Numbered from the stretch's first letter, positions 18,805 through 31,359 are shown. The stretch: DNA of 31,611 nucleotides from a bacterium (GCA_031362565.1 JANLSU010000043.1:1-31611), one strand, 5' to 3'. A program made the numbers and translations. Notes: generated by a model from the sequence alone, not told the origin.

Positions 18805-19217
18805 GGCGCCTCGATCACGATATCGCGTCCGCCGTCGGCGGTCACGGTGAAGACGATGCGGACGGCGCCAACGGGGGCCGCGACCCGGTCGCCCCATTCC
18901 ACGAGCGCCACCTCGCGCGGGTCGTCGCTCTCCAGGAATCCAATCTCCCGAAGCTCGGCAGCGCTGCGGACGCGATACAAATCGTAGTGCACGAGCGGCA
19001 GGCGGCCTTCGTAGCGCGCCGACAGAATGAACGTCGGCGAGGCGATCTCGGCCTGCACCCCGAGTGCCGCGGCGACACCTTTGGCGAATTGCGTCTTGCC
19101 GGCGCCCAGGTCACCGCACAAGAGCACGACCTCGCCGCCCACAAGATGCGACCCGAACTCCACCCCGAGCGCGCGGGTCTCGGCCGCGGAAGTGGTCTTG
19201 AACTGCGCCGGCGTCAT
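18801..19217 (-). CDS. tsaE: t6A biosynthesis ATPase TsaE
   Basis: GDLGAGKTQFAKG, SPTF, HYDLYR, VEW; ATG at 19217 just after the upstream stop. Confidence 0.93.
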   Translation of the reverse strand: MTPAQFKTTSAAETRALGVEFGSHLVGGEVVLLCGDLGAGKTQFAKGVAAALGVQAEIASPTFILSARYEGRLPLVHYDLYRVRSAAELREIGFLESDDPREVALVEWGDRVAAPVGAVRIVFTVTADGGRDIVIEAP

Positions 19218-19219
19218 GA

Positions 19220-20776
19220 TCAGGCGCGCGGCACGAGCCGGACGATGGGCAACAGCATCTCCTCCAGCGACACGCCGCCGTGCTGGAAGCTGCCGAAGAA
19301 CTGGCGCTCGTACTGCCGGTATTTCGTCGGATAGACGAAGTAGAAGTTCTCCTTGGCGATGATGTAGTTCATCGTCGAGCGCAGTTTGGGCAGCATGAAA
19401 TCCTCCGGCTCGGCCATCTTGAAGGCGCCCTTCTCGTCGTAGCCCAAGTTCTCGCCGAACTTGTAGCGCACGTTGGTCGAGGTGTCGCGATTGCCGGTGG
19501 CGATCGTCGGGCGTTTGCCGAGCACGGCGCCATGATCTGTGGTGACGTACACCTCGATGCCGTGATGCGCCATCTTCTTGAGGATATCGAACAGCGCCGA
19601 GTGTTGGAACCAGGACCGGGCGACGCTGCGAAACGCCGCCTCGTCGGGTGACATTTCCTGCAGGATGCGCGACTCGCTCCGCCCATGGGCCAGCATGTCG
19701 ATGAAATTGAACACCAATCCATAGACATTGGCGTCGTTCTGCCGGTCGAGCGACTTTTGGATATCGACGGCGTCTTCCGGGTTGTAGATCTTGCCGTACT
19801 TCACCTTGACGTCGGAGCCCGCACCCAGGCGTTTGAGCTGCAGTTCCAGCAATTCGCGCTCGTGGCGGTTGAGGCTGCCTTCGTCGCGCATTTCCCACAA
19901 AGTCGGGTGCTTGCGCTGGATCTCGAGCGGAAACAGGCCGGCAAAGAGCGCATTGCGCGAGTACGGCGTCGCGGTCGGCAGAATGCTGTAGTACTGCTTG
20001 CGCTCGACGCGAAAGTACGGGTCGATGAGGGGCTCCATCATCATCCACTGGTCGAGCCGCATGCAATCCACGATGATGAACGCGACGCGCTTACCGCTTT
20101 GCACCGCCGGGAAGACGTGGTTCTTGAATACATCGGGTGACAGCTCGGGGCCGCTGCCCTTGCGCTGGACCCAATCCTTGTAGTGGCGGACGACATAGCG
20201 CGAGAACTCGAAGTTGGCTGCATGCTTCTGGTCTTCGTGCGTCTCGTTGAGCCCGGTGTTGCGATACTCGTCGAGCCGCAGGTCCCAGTCGATGATGCGC
20301 AAGTAGGTATCGATCCAGCCGGCGTGATCGAGGCCGCCGAACGTCGTGGTGTCGAGCGCCGCATACTGCTGGACGTAGTCCTTGGCCACCTGCGATTCGG
20401 TGATGCGGTGGCGGTCCAGGATGCGGCGGATGGCGGCGAGGATCTGGGTCGGGTTGACCGGCTTGAGCAGGTAGTCGTCGGCGCGCCGGCCGATCGCTTG
20501 ATCCATGATTTCTTCGGCTTCGTTGCGCGTCACCATGACGATGGGCACGTTCGGCGCCACATGGCGGATCTCTTGCAGCGTCTGCAAGCCGTCCTTGCCC
20601 GGCATGTTCTCGTCCAACAGTACGAGATCGAAAGCGCGGCTCTTGACCAACGCCACGGCGTCGTCGCCGTTCGAAACCGGTGTCACCGTGTAACCCTTGT
20701 CTTCCAAGAACAAGAGATGCGGTTTGAGCGTCTCGATCTCGTCGTCGACCCAAAGGATCGAGCGGGTATCAGCCAT
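19220..20776 (-). CDS. PorX-like response regulator (REC domain plus PglZ/alkaline-phosphatase domain)
   Basis: ILWVDDE..LKPH, LLDENMPG, DYLLKPVNP; DCMRLDQW, ILPTATPYSRNA, DMLAHGR, TTDHG, FQHGGVSLEEM; GAGGAGG RBS. Confidence 0.9.
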   Translation of the reverse strand: MADTRSILWVDDEIETLKPHLLFLEDKGYTVTPVSNGDDAVALVKSRAFDLVLLDENMPGKDGLQTLQEIRHVAPNVPIVMVTRNEAEEIMDQAIGRRADDYLLKPVNPTQILAAIRRILDRHRITESQVAKDYVQQYAALDTTTFGGLDHAGWIDTYLRIIDWDLRLDEYRNTGLNETHEDQKHAANFEFSRYVVRHYKDWVQRKGSGPELSPDVFKNHVFPAVQSGKRVAFIIVDCMRLDQWMMMEPLIDPYFRVERKQYYSILPTATPYSRNALFAGLFPLEIQRKHPTLWEMRDEGSLNRHERELLELQLKRLGAGSDVKVKYGKIYNPEDAVDIQKSLDRQNDANVYGLVFNFIDMLAHGRSESRILQEMSPDEAAFRSVARSWFQHSALFDILKKMAHHGIEVYVTTDHGAVLGKRPTIATGNRDTSTNVRYKFGENLGYDEKGAFKMAEPEDFMLPKLRSTMNYIIAKENFYFVYPTKYRQYERQFFGSFQHGGVSLEEMLLPIVRLVPRA

Positions 20777-20924
20777 CGTTCGGGCGCCTCCTCGAGTGCC
20801 AGCACAGGCATGGTGGATCATACGCGAAGCGCCGAGCCCGGAACATGACCTTCGCTTCACATGCCTGGCTCGGCCCGGTGGTGCCAGAAGAGTCGGGCAG
20901 CGTCGACCAACCTCACCACAATCG

Positions 20925-22412
20925 CTATTTGCTGATGACTACGGCTCTGCCGACGGCAATGGGAGCAGCGTCTGCGCCTTCGACGCGCAAGTAGTAGATG
21001 CCCGAAGTGAAATGCTGTGCGTGCCACGGAACAATGCGGTGCAAACCCTCCGGAATCGGTCGCCGATCGAGCAGTCGGCCGCCTACATCGAAGACCGCGA
21101 GCGTCGCGCCCCCAACCGCTGTGTCGGGGATACGAATCGTCGCTTCGAGGTGACATGGATTAGGGGCGATGGAGAGCCGAGCTGCCCTCGGAAAAGTTGA
21201 TGGCGTTGCGTCAGAAACACCCGAGGAGTACTCCAGGACGAGAGTGTTTCGTGTGACCGCGCCGGTCGCCCAAAAGACCTCCGTTCGGCCGTTCTCATTG
21301 ACATCCGACGCGAACACCCCGTAGTGGGAGCCGCCATCGGGATCCGGAACTTGGCCGACGAGGGCCCAGTTCCCGGGACTCGTGGGCCGGAAAACCCATA
21401 AGCCAATCGAGCTGTTCACCACGTACTCTTCGACACCAAGCCCGTCCAAGTCTCCGAGGCAGTTTGCAAGCGCACCGGAACTTCCATCCGTGACCTCAAA
21501 TGTATCAACGGGAGCAAACTGATTGTCCCCCGTCGGTCGATATACAACGGTCCTGTACGAGGACACTCCGCCCACAGATCCACTTCCGCCGATGAAAAAA
21601 TCGGGCTTCCCGTCGCCGTCCACATCGTGCCCGCCCTCGATTTGACTCGGATGCGAGACTGTCGGAGACGAGAATGTCTGAATCCACGTATCGTTAGCGG
21701 GCGACTCAAAAATCTTCAGGAGACTCGCCCCTTCTTTTGTGCAGGCGATTTCCACCAATCCATCCTGGTCGAGATCACCGATGGCGAAATCATCCACGCC
21801 GCCCGCCCCGGTTGAGAAAAGAAATGTTTGGAACGTGTTGTCACCAGTGCTCTCGAAAATGGCAACCGTTCCAGAACCTGGGACGCCGTAGATGATCTCG
21901 CGATGCCCATCGCGATCGGTATCGCCGAACGCGAAACGGCCAAGCGTTGTCGAGAACGGCAGCGACGACCAAATGAGAATACTTGGAGAGCTTGCCGCAT
22001 CCGACGCTTCGTAGACCTGGACCTGATTGCCGATTTGACCAATGATTTCAGCTTTCCCGTCCTGGTCAAGGTCGTCAACGCCGCGAACATAGAGTTGAGC
22101 GCCGAGGTACTGCTGCGTGTACACGTTGTTGCCCTGATGCTCAAAGATCTGGTAGTAGCAACATGAACCTTGGGGGTTCCGCCCCGAGAACACCACCTCT
22201 CGGCGTCCGTCGTGATCGGTGTCTCCGAATCCGACCCAATTGCCCGAAGCAAGGGGCAGCAGCGCCTTCACCTGAAGGGGAAATACGGTTGTCACTGGGT
22301 TCGGATTTCGCGCGGGGGTGCCAGCCAGCCCGCCGCCCGGGTTGGTCGCTACGCAGGCGAAGATTACTCCGCACAGCATCCATTCGCGTCGAACGAAGAA
22401 AATCGCGGTCAC
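20925..22412 (-). CDS. Secreted FG-GAP/VCBS repeat beta-propeller protein with a T9SS-type-A-like C-terminal domain
   Basis: Seven D-x-D/N-x-x-G-x-x-E/D repeats (GDTDHDG, DDLDQDG, GDTDRDG, GDLDQDG, HDVDGDG, GDLDGLG, SDVNENG); tail APNP...FDVGGR...SGIYYLRV...VVISK. Start uncertain (22412 or 22379). Confidence 0.8.
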   Translation of the reverse strand: MTAIFFVRREWMLCGVIFACVATNPGGGLAGTPARNPNPVTTVFPLQVKALLPLASGNWVGFGDTDHDGRREVVFSGRNPQGSCCYYQIFEHQGNNVYTQQYLGAQLYVRGVDDLDQDGKAEIIGQIGNQVQVYEASDAASSPSILIWSSLPFSTTLGRFAFGDTDRDGHREIIYGVPGSGTVAIFESTGDNTFQTFLFSTGAGGVDDFAIGDLDQDGLVEIACTKEGASLLKIFESPANDTWIQTFSSPTVSHPSQIEGGHDVDGDGKPDFFIGGSGSVGGVSSYRTVVYRPTGDNQFAPVDTFEVTDGSSGALANCLGDLDGLGVEEYVVNSSIGLWVFRPTSPGNWALVGQVPDPDGGSHYGVFASDVNENGRTEVFWATGAVTRNTLVLEYSSGVSDATPSTFPRAARLSIAPNPCHLEATIRIPDTAVGGATLAVFDVGGRLLDRRPIPEGLHRIVPWHAQHFTSGIYYLRVEGADAAPIAVGRAVVISK

Positions 22413-22516
22413 GACCAGCCCTTCGCATGACGTGAAGAATAGATGATACGCCTGGTCGGCTGCGGCAGGAATGCGGTTGCCAATCGGCGCGAAAAACGGG
22501 TCTCGCGGAGCCCACA

Positions 22517-23803
22517 CTACGCGGCTGCGAGCCGCATCGCGAAGCAGACGCCGCGTTTGTCCGGGTTGTCTTCGATCCAGATGCGGCCGCCGTGGTATTC
22601 CTCGACGATCCGGAGCACGAGTGCCAGCCCCAAGCCCCAGCCGCGGCGCTTGGTCGTGTAGCCCGGTTGAAAGACACGGGTGCGGTTCGCAGCGGGAATC
22701 CCCTTGCCGGTATCGGCGACGCGGACTTCGATCGCCTGGCCACCGGCGACGGCTTCGGCGCGGACCCGAATCTCGCCGCCCTTCTCGAGCGCATCGACGG
22801 CGTTCTTGAGCAGATTCTCGAAGACCCATTCGAGCAGTTCGCGATTGGCACGCACCGGCGGCAGCGCCGCGATGTTGGCCTCGACGCGGACATGCGACCC
22901 GAGATGCGGAATACGGCGCTCGATATATTGCACCGATTCGCGCAGCACTTGCTCCAAATCGAGCGGCACGAGGTCCGGCTTCGAACCAATCTTGCTGAAC
23001 CGCGCGCTCACCTTCGACAGACGTTCGAGGTCGTGCTCCATCTCGCGGTAGGTTTCGGCGCGCCGGGCCCGCGCTTGCTCGGGTGGCGTGTCTTTTTCAT
23101 CCTGGGCTTGCAGCACTTGCACCCAGCCCAGGAGCGACGTCAGCGGCGTGCCGAGCTGATGCGCCGTCTCGCGCGCCATGCCGACCCAAATCGAGCGCTG
23201 CTCGCCGAGTTTCATGTAACGGAACATGAGCAATGCGACGGCGGTGAAAATGGCGACGGTGGCGACCAAAAAGAGCGGAATCCAGCGCAACTGCCGCGCC
23301 AGGCTGGAAGGACCGTAGTGCACCGAGGCCTGCAGAACATCGCCGACTCGGATTGGATACGGCGCCACATGAGCATCGAACTCGCGCACCAGCCGATCGA
23401 GCGCCCGGCGCCGGGCTTGCGCTTCAACCGACAAATCGGCACGCCCGAGGTCGCCCGGCTGCTCGGCCTGCTGCGGCGGCACCGGAATGTTGCGCCACAC
23501 GAGCGGCACGTTGGCGGCGTCGGTGATGATGATTGGGAAATCCACCTCGCGGAGCACGTTCTCGATGACCTGAAACGATCCGGGCTGGTCGGCCTTCAGC
23601 ACCGACTCGCCGACGAAGAGCGAGAAAACGCGCGTCACGACCTGCGCTTGGCGGTCCATCTGGCGGGCGGCGCGCCCGGTATAGATGATGGCCGACAGGA
23701 ACACGAGCCCGAGCCCGCCCAAGAGATACGCCGTGAGCAGGACTTTCGGCCGCGAGCCTGCCACCCGGGGCGTCCGTAGGAATTCGTTGAGGGCTCGATT
23801 CAA
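22517..23803 (-). CDS. Membrane sensor histidine kinase
   Basis: Two TM segments; H-box ETAHQLGTPLTSL, N-box ENLLKNAVDA, DTGKGI, GYTTKRRGWGLGL; TTG start after GGAG. Confidence 0.9.
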   Translation of the reverse strand: MNRALNEFLRTPRVAGSRPKVLLTAYLLGGLGLVFLSAIIYTGRAARQMDRQAQVVTRVFSLFVGESVLKADQPGSFQVIENVLREVDFPIIITDAANVPLVWRNIPVPPQQAEQPGDLGRADLSVEAQARRRALDRLVREFDAHVAPYPIRVGDVLQASVHYGPSSLARQLRWIPLFLVATVAIFTAVALLMFRYMKLGEQRSIWVGMARETAHQLGTPLTSLLGWVQVLQAQDEKDTPPEQARARRAETYREMEHDLERLSKVSARFSKIGSKPDLVPLDLEQVLRESVQYIERRIPHLGSHVRVEANIAALPPVRANRELLEWVFENLLKNAVDALEKGGEIRVRAEAVAGGQAIEVRVADTGKGIPAANRTRVFQPGYTTKRRGWGLGLALVLRIVEEYHGGRIWIEDNPDKRGVCFAMRLAAA

Positions 23804-23897
23804 GAAGCCTGTCTCCGAACGTCGGGGACTCGAGCGCGGCCATGGCGCCCGAGTATACTCACCAAATCCCGATCCATCGGCGCCGAATGCGCCCGCG

Positions 23898-23927
23898 TTG
23901 ACCCCCAGCCCCAAGGGGCAGTACCAT
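23898..23927 (+). promoter_or_regulatory. Sigma70-like promoter for the radical SAM-miaB operon
   Basis: TTGACC, 18-nt spacer, TACCAT. Confidence 0.55.
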
Positions 23928-24044
23928 GATCGGCCCGCTGTCCGCCCGGTTGATCGAGACCGCGTGCGGCCGCGGCCGCGCACCAGAGCCCACGGCCATC
24001 CACGCCACGTGTTGCGCAGTCGACCGCCACCGCTCGGAGCTGTC

Positions 24045-27008
<2,964 letters not shown>

Positions 27009-27039
27009 ACCGCGGGCGTTGAGCACGGAAGGATCCATC

Positions 27040-28401
27040 GTGCAGGTCTACGTCGAAACCTATGGCTGCCAGATGAACGAGTACGACTCGGAGCTGGTGC
27101 GCGCCATTCTGCGCCAAAACGATTTCACCCTCGTCGACGGGCCGGAATCGGCCGACGCCGTGTTGCTCAACACCTGTGCCATCCGCGAACACGCGCACTC
27201 CAAGATCTACGGCCGCGTCGACACCTTGGCGCGATTACGGCGCGACAATCCGCGCCTGTTGATCGGCATTCTGGGCTGCATGGCGCAGAACCTGAAGGAC
27301 GACCTCTTGCAGCCCAAATCCGGCATCGACCTCGTTGCCGGCCCGGATTCGTACAAGCGCTTGCCGGCGCTGCTCCGCGAGGTCTATGACACCGGTACGA
27401 AGGCCAAGGAAATCGACCTCTCGGAATTCGAAACCTACAGCGATGTGTATCCGGAGCGGATTCCAGGCGTGAACGCCTGGATCGCTTGCATGCGCGGCTG
27501 CGACAACTTCTGTTCGTTCTGTGTCGTGCCCTACACGCGCGGCCGCGAACGGAGCCGAGCGCCCGACAACATCGTCGCGGAAACCGAACGGCTGGCCGCG
27601 CAGGGATACCGGCAAGTGACGCTGCTCGGGCAGAACGTCAATTCGTACACCTTCGAGGCTGCCGACTTTGCCGATTTGCTGTTGCAGGTCGCGGCTGTCG
27701 ACGGCATCGACCGGGTGCGTTTCACGTCACCCCACCCGAAGGACTTCCCGCGCAAGCTCCTGGCGGCGATCGCCTCGCACCCGAAGCTGTGCAAGCAGAT
27801 CCATCTGCCGTTGCAGTCGGGCAGCGACCGGGTGCTCGACCTCATGCGCCGGACCTACACCCAGCGCGAGTTCCTCGACCTGGCGGCCGAAATCCGCGCC
27901 ACGATTCCGGGGGTCTGCCTGTCGACGGACGTCATCTGCGGCTTCCCCACCGAAACCGATGCCGACTTCGCCGCCACCCTCGCGGTCATGGAAGCGGTCG
28001 AATTCGACTCCGCCTTTATCTTCAAATACTCGGAGCGCAAGAACACGATCGCGGCGCGCAAGTACCCGGACGACGTCACGGAGGCCGACAAGACCGCCCG
28101 GGTGGTACACCTGAACGAGGTCCAGAAGGCGGTTTCGCTGCGGCGCGCCCGCGCCTATATCGGCCGCACTTTGGACGTGATCATCGAGGCCCCGAGCCGC
28201 AAATCCGACGCCGATCTGCTCGGGCGAGACGACGGCAACCATGGAGTTGTCTTGGCGCGCGGCGACCTGCAGCCCGGCGACCGGGTGGCGGTCGAGATTT
28301 TGGGTGCTTCCGCCCACACCCTGCTCGGGCGCGCCGTCAGTACGCCGGATCGGCGCGTCCTGGGGACGCTGATGGCTCCACAGGGCACTGCGAAGGCTTG
28401 A
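27040..28401 (+). CDS. miaB: tRNA-2-methylthio-N6-dimethylallyladenosine synthase MiaB
   Basis: ETYGCQMNEYDS, NTCAIRE, GCDNFCSFCVVPYTRGRERSR, LLGQNVNSY, RFTSPHP, TRAM tail; GTG 27040 after GAAGGA. Confidence 0.95.
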   Translation: MQVYVETYGCQMNEYDSELVRAILRQNDFTLVDGPESADAVLLNTCAIREHAHSKIYGRVDTLARLRRDNPRLLIGILGCMAQNLKDDLLQPKSGIDLVAGPDSYKRLPALLREVYDTGTKAKEIDLSEFETYSDVYPERIPGVNAWIACMRGCDNFCSFCVVPYTRGRERSRAPDNIVAETERLAAQGYRQVTLLGQNVNSYTFEAADFADLLLQVAAVDGIDRVRFTSPHPKDFPRKLLAAIASHPKLCKQIHLPLQSGSDRVLDLMRRTYTQREFLDLAAEIRATIPGVCLSTDVICGFPTETDADFAATLAVMEAVEFDSAFIFKYSERKNTIAARKYPDDVTEADKTARVVHLNEVQKAVSLRRARAYIGRTLDVIIEAPSRKSDADLLGRDDGNHGVVLARGDLQPGDRVAVEILGASAHTLLGRAVSTPDRRVLGTLMAPQGTAKA

Positions 28402-28427
28402 CGCCGGGTGCATGGAAGTCGCACAAT
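28398..28427 (+). promoter_or_regulatory. Putative sigma70-like promoter for the Cys-rich secreted protein
   Basis: TTGACG, 18-nt spacer, CACAAT; overlaps the miaB stop. Confidence 0.45.
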
Positions 28428-28571
28428 GAGATGCCCCCGAAGATCCCTGTAGGGCGCGTTCCGCGATTTACAGGCCTGCGAAGCAAATCGGCTTCGGCCG
28501 TGGGAGGCAGGCCCGCGGTGCATGGCTGAGCGATATCACGGAGTCTTAGAACGACGACGGAGGAGTTCCTC

Positions 28572-29267
28572 GTGAGAAAACATCTAAGTGCAGCGGTTGC
28601 TCTCGCAAGCCTGTGTCTGGTCGCCTCCCCGACACTGGCCGCGAACGGCAACATCGGCCTCTTTTTCGACCAAGGTGCAGCGCTTTGTGCGCAAGAGATC
28701 CCGTGTGGTGGCCAGGCGACGATTTATGTCTTCGGGCTTCTGCAGGGCGCGAGCGGCACCGGTCTCACCGGCGCCGAGTACCGGGTGACAACCGGTTTGA
28801 ACACGGCTGCGGACGGCTATCTGTTCAACGAGGTGTTCGACCCCGCGGCGACCGTGCTCGGCGTTGGCGCATTCAACCCGATCGATCCGGGTGCGCGCGG
28901 CGTCAACGTGAGCTACGCGTCTTGCCAGGTCGGCGATGGCACCAAGGTGCTCCTCGAGACCGTGTTGGTGTTCAACCTCGGCTGCGGCACGGGGGAAACC
29001 CGTCTGCGTGTCGAGAAGCACAACACGGCTTCGAACCAGTTCTTCCAGTGCCCGCTGTTCACGCTTTGCGACGCACCGGTGTTCACCAAGGTCTGCTTGG
29101 GCAGCAACCAGCTGCTGTGCCGCAACCCGGAACCGCCGTTCGCGACCAACGCCATCTGCTCGACGAGCGGCCAGGCGTACATCAACGCCACTCCTGGCCA
29201 CGACTGCGTGGTCGGCGTGACGCAGGCGACGTGGTCGACGGTCAAGCGCCTGTACGGCACGAACTGA
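28572..29267 (+). CDS. Secreted Cys-rich hypothetical protein with a C-terminal 'ATWSTVKRLY' motif
   Basis: GGAGGAG RBS; signal peptide ending ...SPTLA|A; 10 Cys in the mature part; followed by a terminator. Confidence 0.85.
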   Translation: MRKHLSAAVALASLCLVASPTLAANGNIGLFFDQGAALCAQEIPCGGQATIYVFGLLQGASGTGLTGAEYRVTTGLNTAADGYLFNEVFDPAATVLGVGAFNPIDPGARGVNVSYASCQVGDGTKVLLETVLVFNLGCGTGETRLRVEKHNTASNQFFQCPLFTLCDAPVFTKVCLGSNQLLCRNPEPPFATNAICSTSGQAYINATPGHDCVVGVTQATWSTVKRLYGTN

Positions 29268-29293
29268 GACGCGACAACGTTCGAGTTTGAAAT

Positions 29294-29330
29294 GCGAAGG
29301 GCGTCCGCGAGGGCGCCCTTCGTGCTTTTA
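29294..29330 (+). terminator. Rho-independent terminator, possibly bidirectional
   Basis: GCGAAGGGCGTCC-GCGA-GGGCGCCCTTCGT stem with a GNRA loop, followed by GCTTTTA; lies between convergent genes. Confidence 0.75.
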
Positions 29331-29342
29331 CCGATCGTGGAT

Positions 29343-29999
29343 TCAACCGCGTGTTGCGGTCCAATAGAGAATGGCGAGCGCCGTGTCGACTCCCATGTGG
29401 CTCGCAGCACTCCACCACACGCGGCCTGTACGCTCGAAGACCAGCGTCCAGCAAGCTCCGGCGATGAAGATCGGCAGGCACAGAGCAACGGCGGCACGCG
29501 GCCCGAGGCACATGGCGAGAACCACGGCATGGTGGTTCAGGAAGGCGATGAGCGTGACGGTGCGGGCCAGTCGCACGCCGGTGCGGGACCGCACGTGTGG
29601 CCCGAGGAGGGCGCCGCGCCAGTAGGCCTCCTCGACCCAAGGGTTCACCGTCGCGTAGAGGACGAGCCACAAGAGATCGGCCGGAGCATTCAGACCAAGG
29701 GCGCTCCCCGCGTGGCCGATCGCGGACCGGTCGACACGCATGAGAACCAGCATTCCGGCGGCAACGGCGGCAAGCAAACACGCCCCCGCCACGCCAACCA
29801 GGTGGCGCCAGGCAGGCCGCGGACCGCGGTGAACGCCCACCGCCCACACGCACAGCAAGCAGCCGGCGTCGTAGCCGCCAACCGCCCACCACGCTCCAGC
29901 AGGCAACCGCAGGAGCAGCCCCACCACCGGGCCGCAGAGCAGGCTCCAAGCGAGAACCCAGGCCGTTCGCCGGTCGATTAGGAGCCGCTGGCGGAGCAA
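29343..29999 (-). CDS. CPBP (Abi/CAAX protease family) intramembrane glutamic endopeptidase
   Basis: EEAYWRG, FLNHH and SHMGVD motifs; multiple TM segments; strong AAAGGAGG RBS before TTG 29999. Confidence 0.82.
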   Translation of the reverse strand: MLRQRLLIDRRTAWVLAWSLLCGPVVGLLLRLPAGAWWAVGGYDAGCLLCVWAVGVHRGPRPAWRHLVGVAGACLLAAVAAGMLVLMRVDRSAIGHAGSALGLNAPADLLWLVLYATVNPWVEEAYWRGALLGPHVRSRTGVRLARTVTLIAFLNHHAVVLAMCLGPRAAVALCLPIFIAGACWTLVFERTGRVWWSAASHMGVDTALAILYWTATRG

Positions 30000-30147
30000 T
30001 GCTTTCCTCCTTTGGAGGGGAGCGCCGACAAGGCTCCATCCTCGCACACTGCCCAGCGCCGAGGCCAACGGCGCGGCGCTCTGATATGCTCGGCTGCGGC
30101 ATGTGCCCAAGCCATGCCGCGCCACCAAGCGCGCAGGAGCGTCACCC

Positions 30148-31343
30148 ATGTCGATTTGGCCGCGACCGGAAGGGCTGGTTCCGCCGCGCATTCTCGATGC
30201 ACTCGCCGCCGTTCAAGCCGGTGACGCGAACGCCGCGGCCCAGCTTTGCCTCGACACCGACAGCCGCGATGGCTTGAGTGCGCCCACCGCGCGCCTCGTC
30301 CGGGCGCTCATCGACGTCGAACGCGGTGACCGGGCCCGCGCCCTGGCCGACTTGCGACTCCTCTCACGGCATCGTGACCCGGCGATCGCCTGGCTGGCGA
30401 TTGCGGCACGCGTCGAAGACGCGGTTGGGGTGCGGCGCTTCGCGCCGCTCACACCACTCCTGGCCCGCATCCGCCTCCGGGTGCGTGACACGGCACTCCG
30501 TTTGTGGATCGACGCCACGGTGCGCTCGGTGGAACTGCTGCGCCACGGTACACTGGCGCGCGCCCCGCTGGATGCACTGCAAGCACGGCTCGAGCGCGGC
30601 CACCCGCCGGTTGTCCACGCCGCCGTGCACGTACTGCGCGCCGAACGCGCCCTGCTTGCCGGCGATCTTCCGGAAGCGGTCGTCGCCTATCGCGACGCCC
30701 GGCCCTACATCCGGGCCTGCGGCAATGCCGCGATCGTGCGCCGGCATGCCGAACTCGTCCGTTTGCTGCGCGTCCCGTTCGTCGACGTGGAGGATTGGGA
30801 AGAACCGCTCCGCACCGTGTCGCGCGAAGAGCTCGCGGAAATCGAAGCGCGTGATTGGCAGATGTGGATCGACGTGCTGCACCGGCGCGTGCTCAAACGC
30901 ACTCGCGCCGGCACTGAAACGATCTCGTTTGCGCGCCTGCCCGAGTTGTGGATCGCCCTCGAGGCGGTCGTGCGCGCGCCGCGCCAGACCCTGACATGGA
31001 AAGCCGCCTGCCGCACTCTCGACATCGCGACGCCCGCCGCCGCCGCCGAACGTGCCCGTCGCCTGCATTCCGAGTTGCGCGCCGTCGGCCTCGGCCTCGC
31101 GATCACCGACGAAGCCTATGCCCTCCGCGAATCCCGCTTCGTGTCCGTGCTTCCGACCGCCCAGCTTCCCGCGCCCGCTCTGCGCCTGCTCGGCCTGCTC
31201 GCAGCCCAACCCGGCGCCCGCGCCCGCGACCTCCAAGACGCCGCCGCCACCGCACCATCGTCCGCCAACTCCAACGCCTCCGCCGCGACGGCTACGTCCG
31301 CCTAGTAGGCGGCGGCCCCGAATCCCGCTACACCCTGGTTTAA
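30148..31343 (+). pseudogene. Putative transcriptional regulator (helical N-terminus, winged-HTH-like C-terminus) with an apparent frameshift near 31237-31250
   Basis: The main frame reads ...LLGLLAAQPGARARDLQDAAA and then turns into low-complexity sequence (stop 31305). The -1 frame continues RTIVRQLQRLRRDGYVRLVGGGPESRYTLV to TAA at 31343. Confidence 0.6.
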
Positions 31344-31359
31344 ATAGGTTGGGTTGGCG

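Noticed and set aside
19220..20776. BREX anti-phage system suggested by the PglZ domain
   Set aside because: The PglZ domain is fused to a receiver domain (PorX architecture), and no brxC, pglX or brxL genes are nearby.
29343..29999. Abortive-infection defence role for the 'Abi' family protein
   Set aside because: The Abi name for CPBP proteases is historical, and nothing in the context indicates phage defence.
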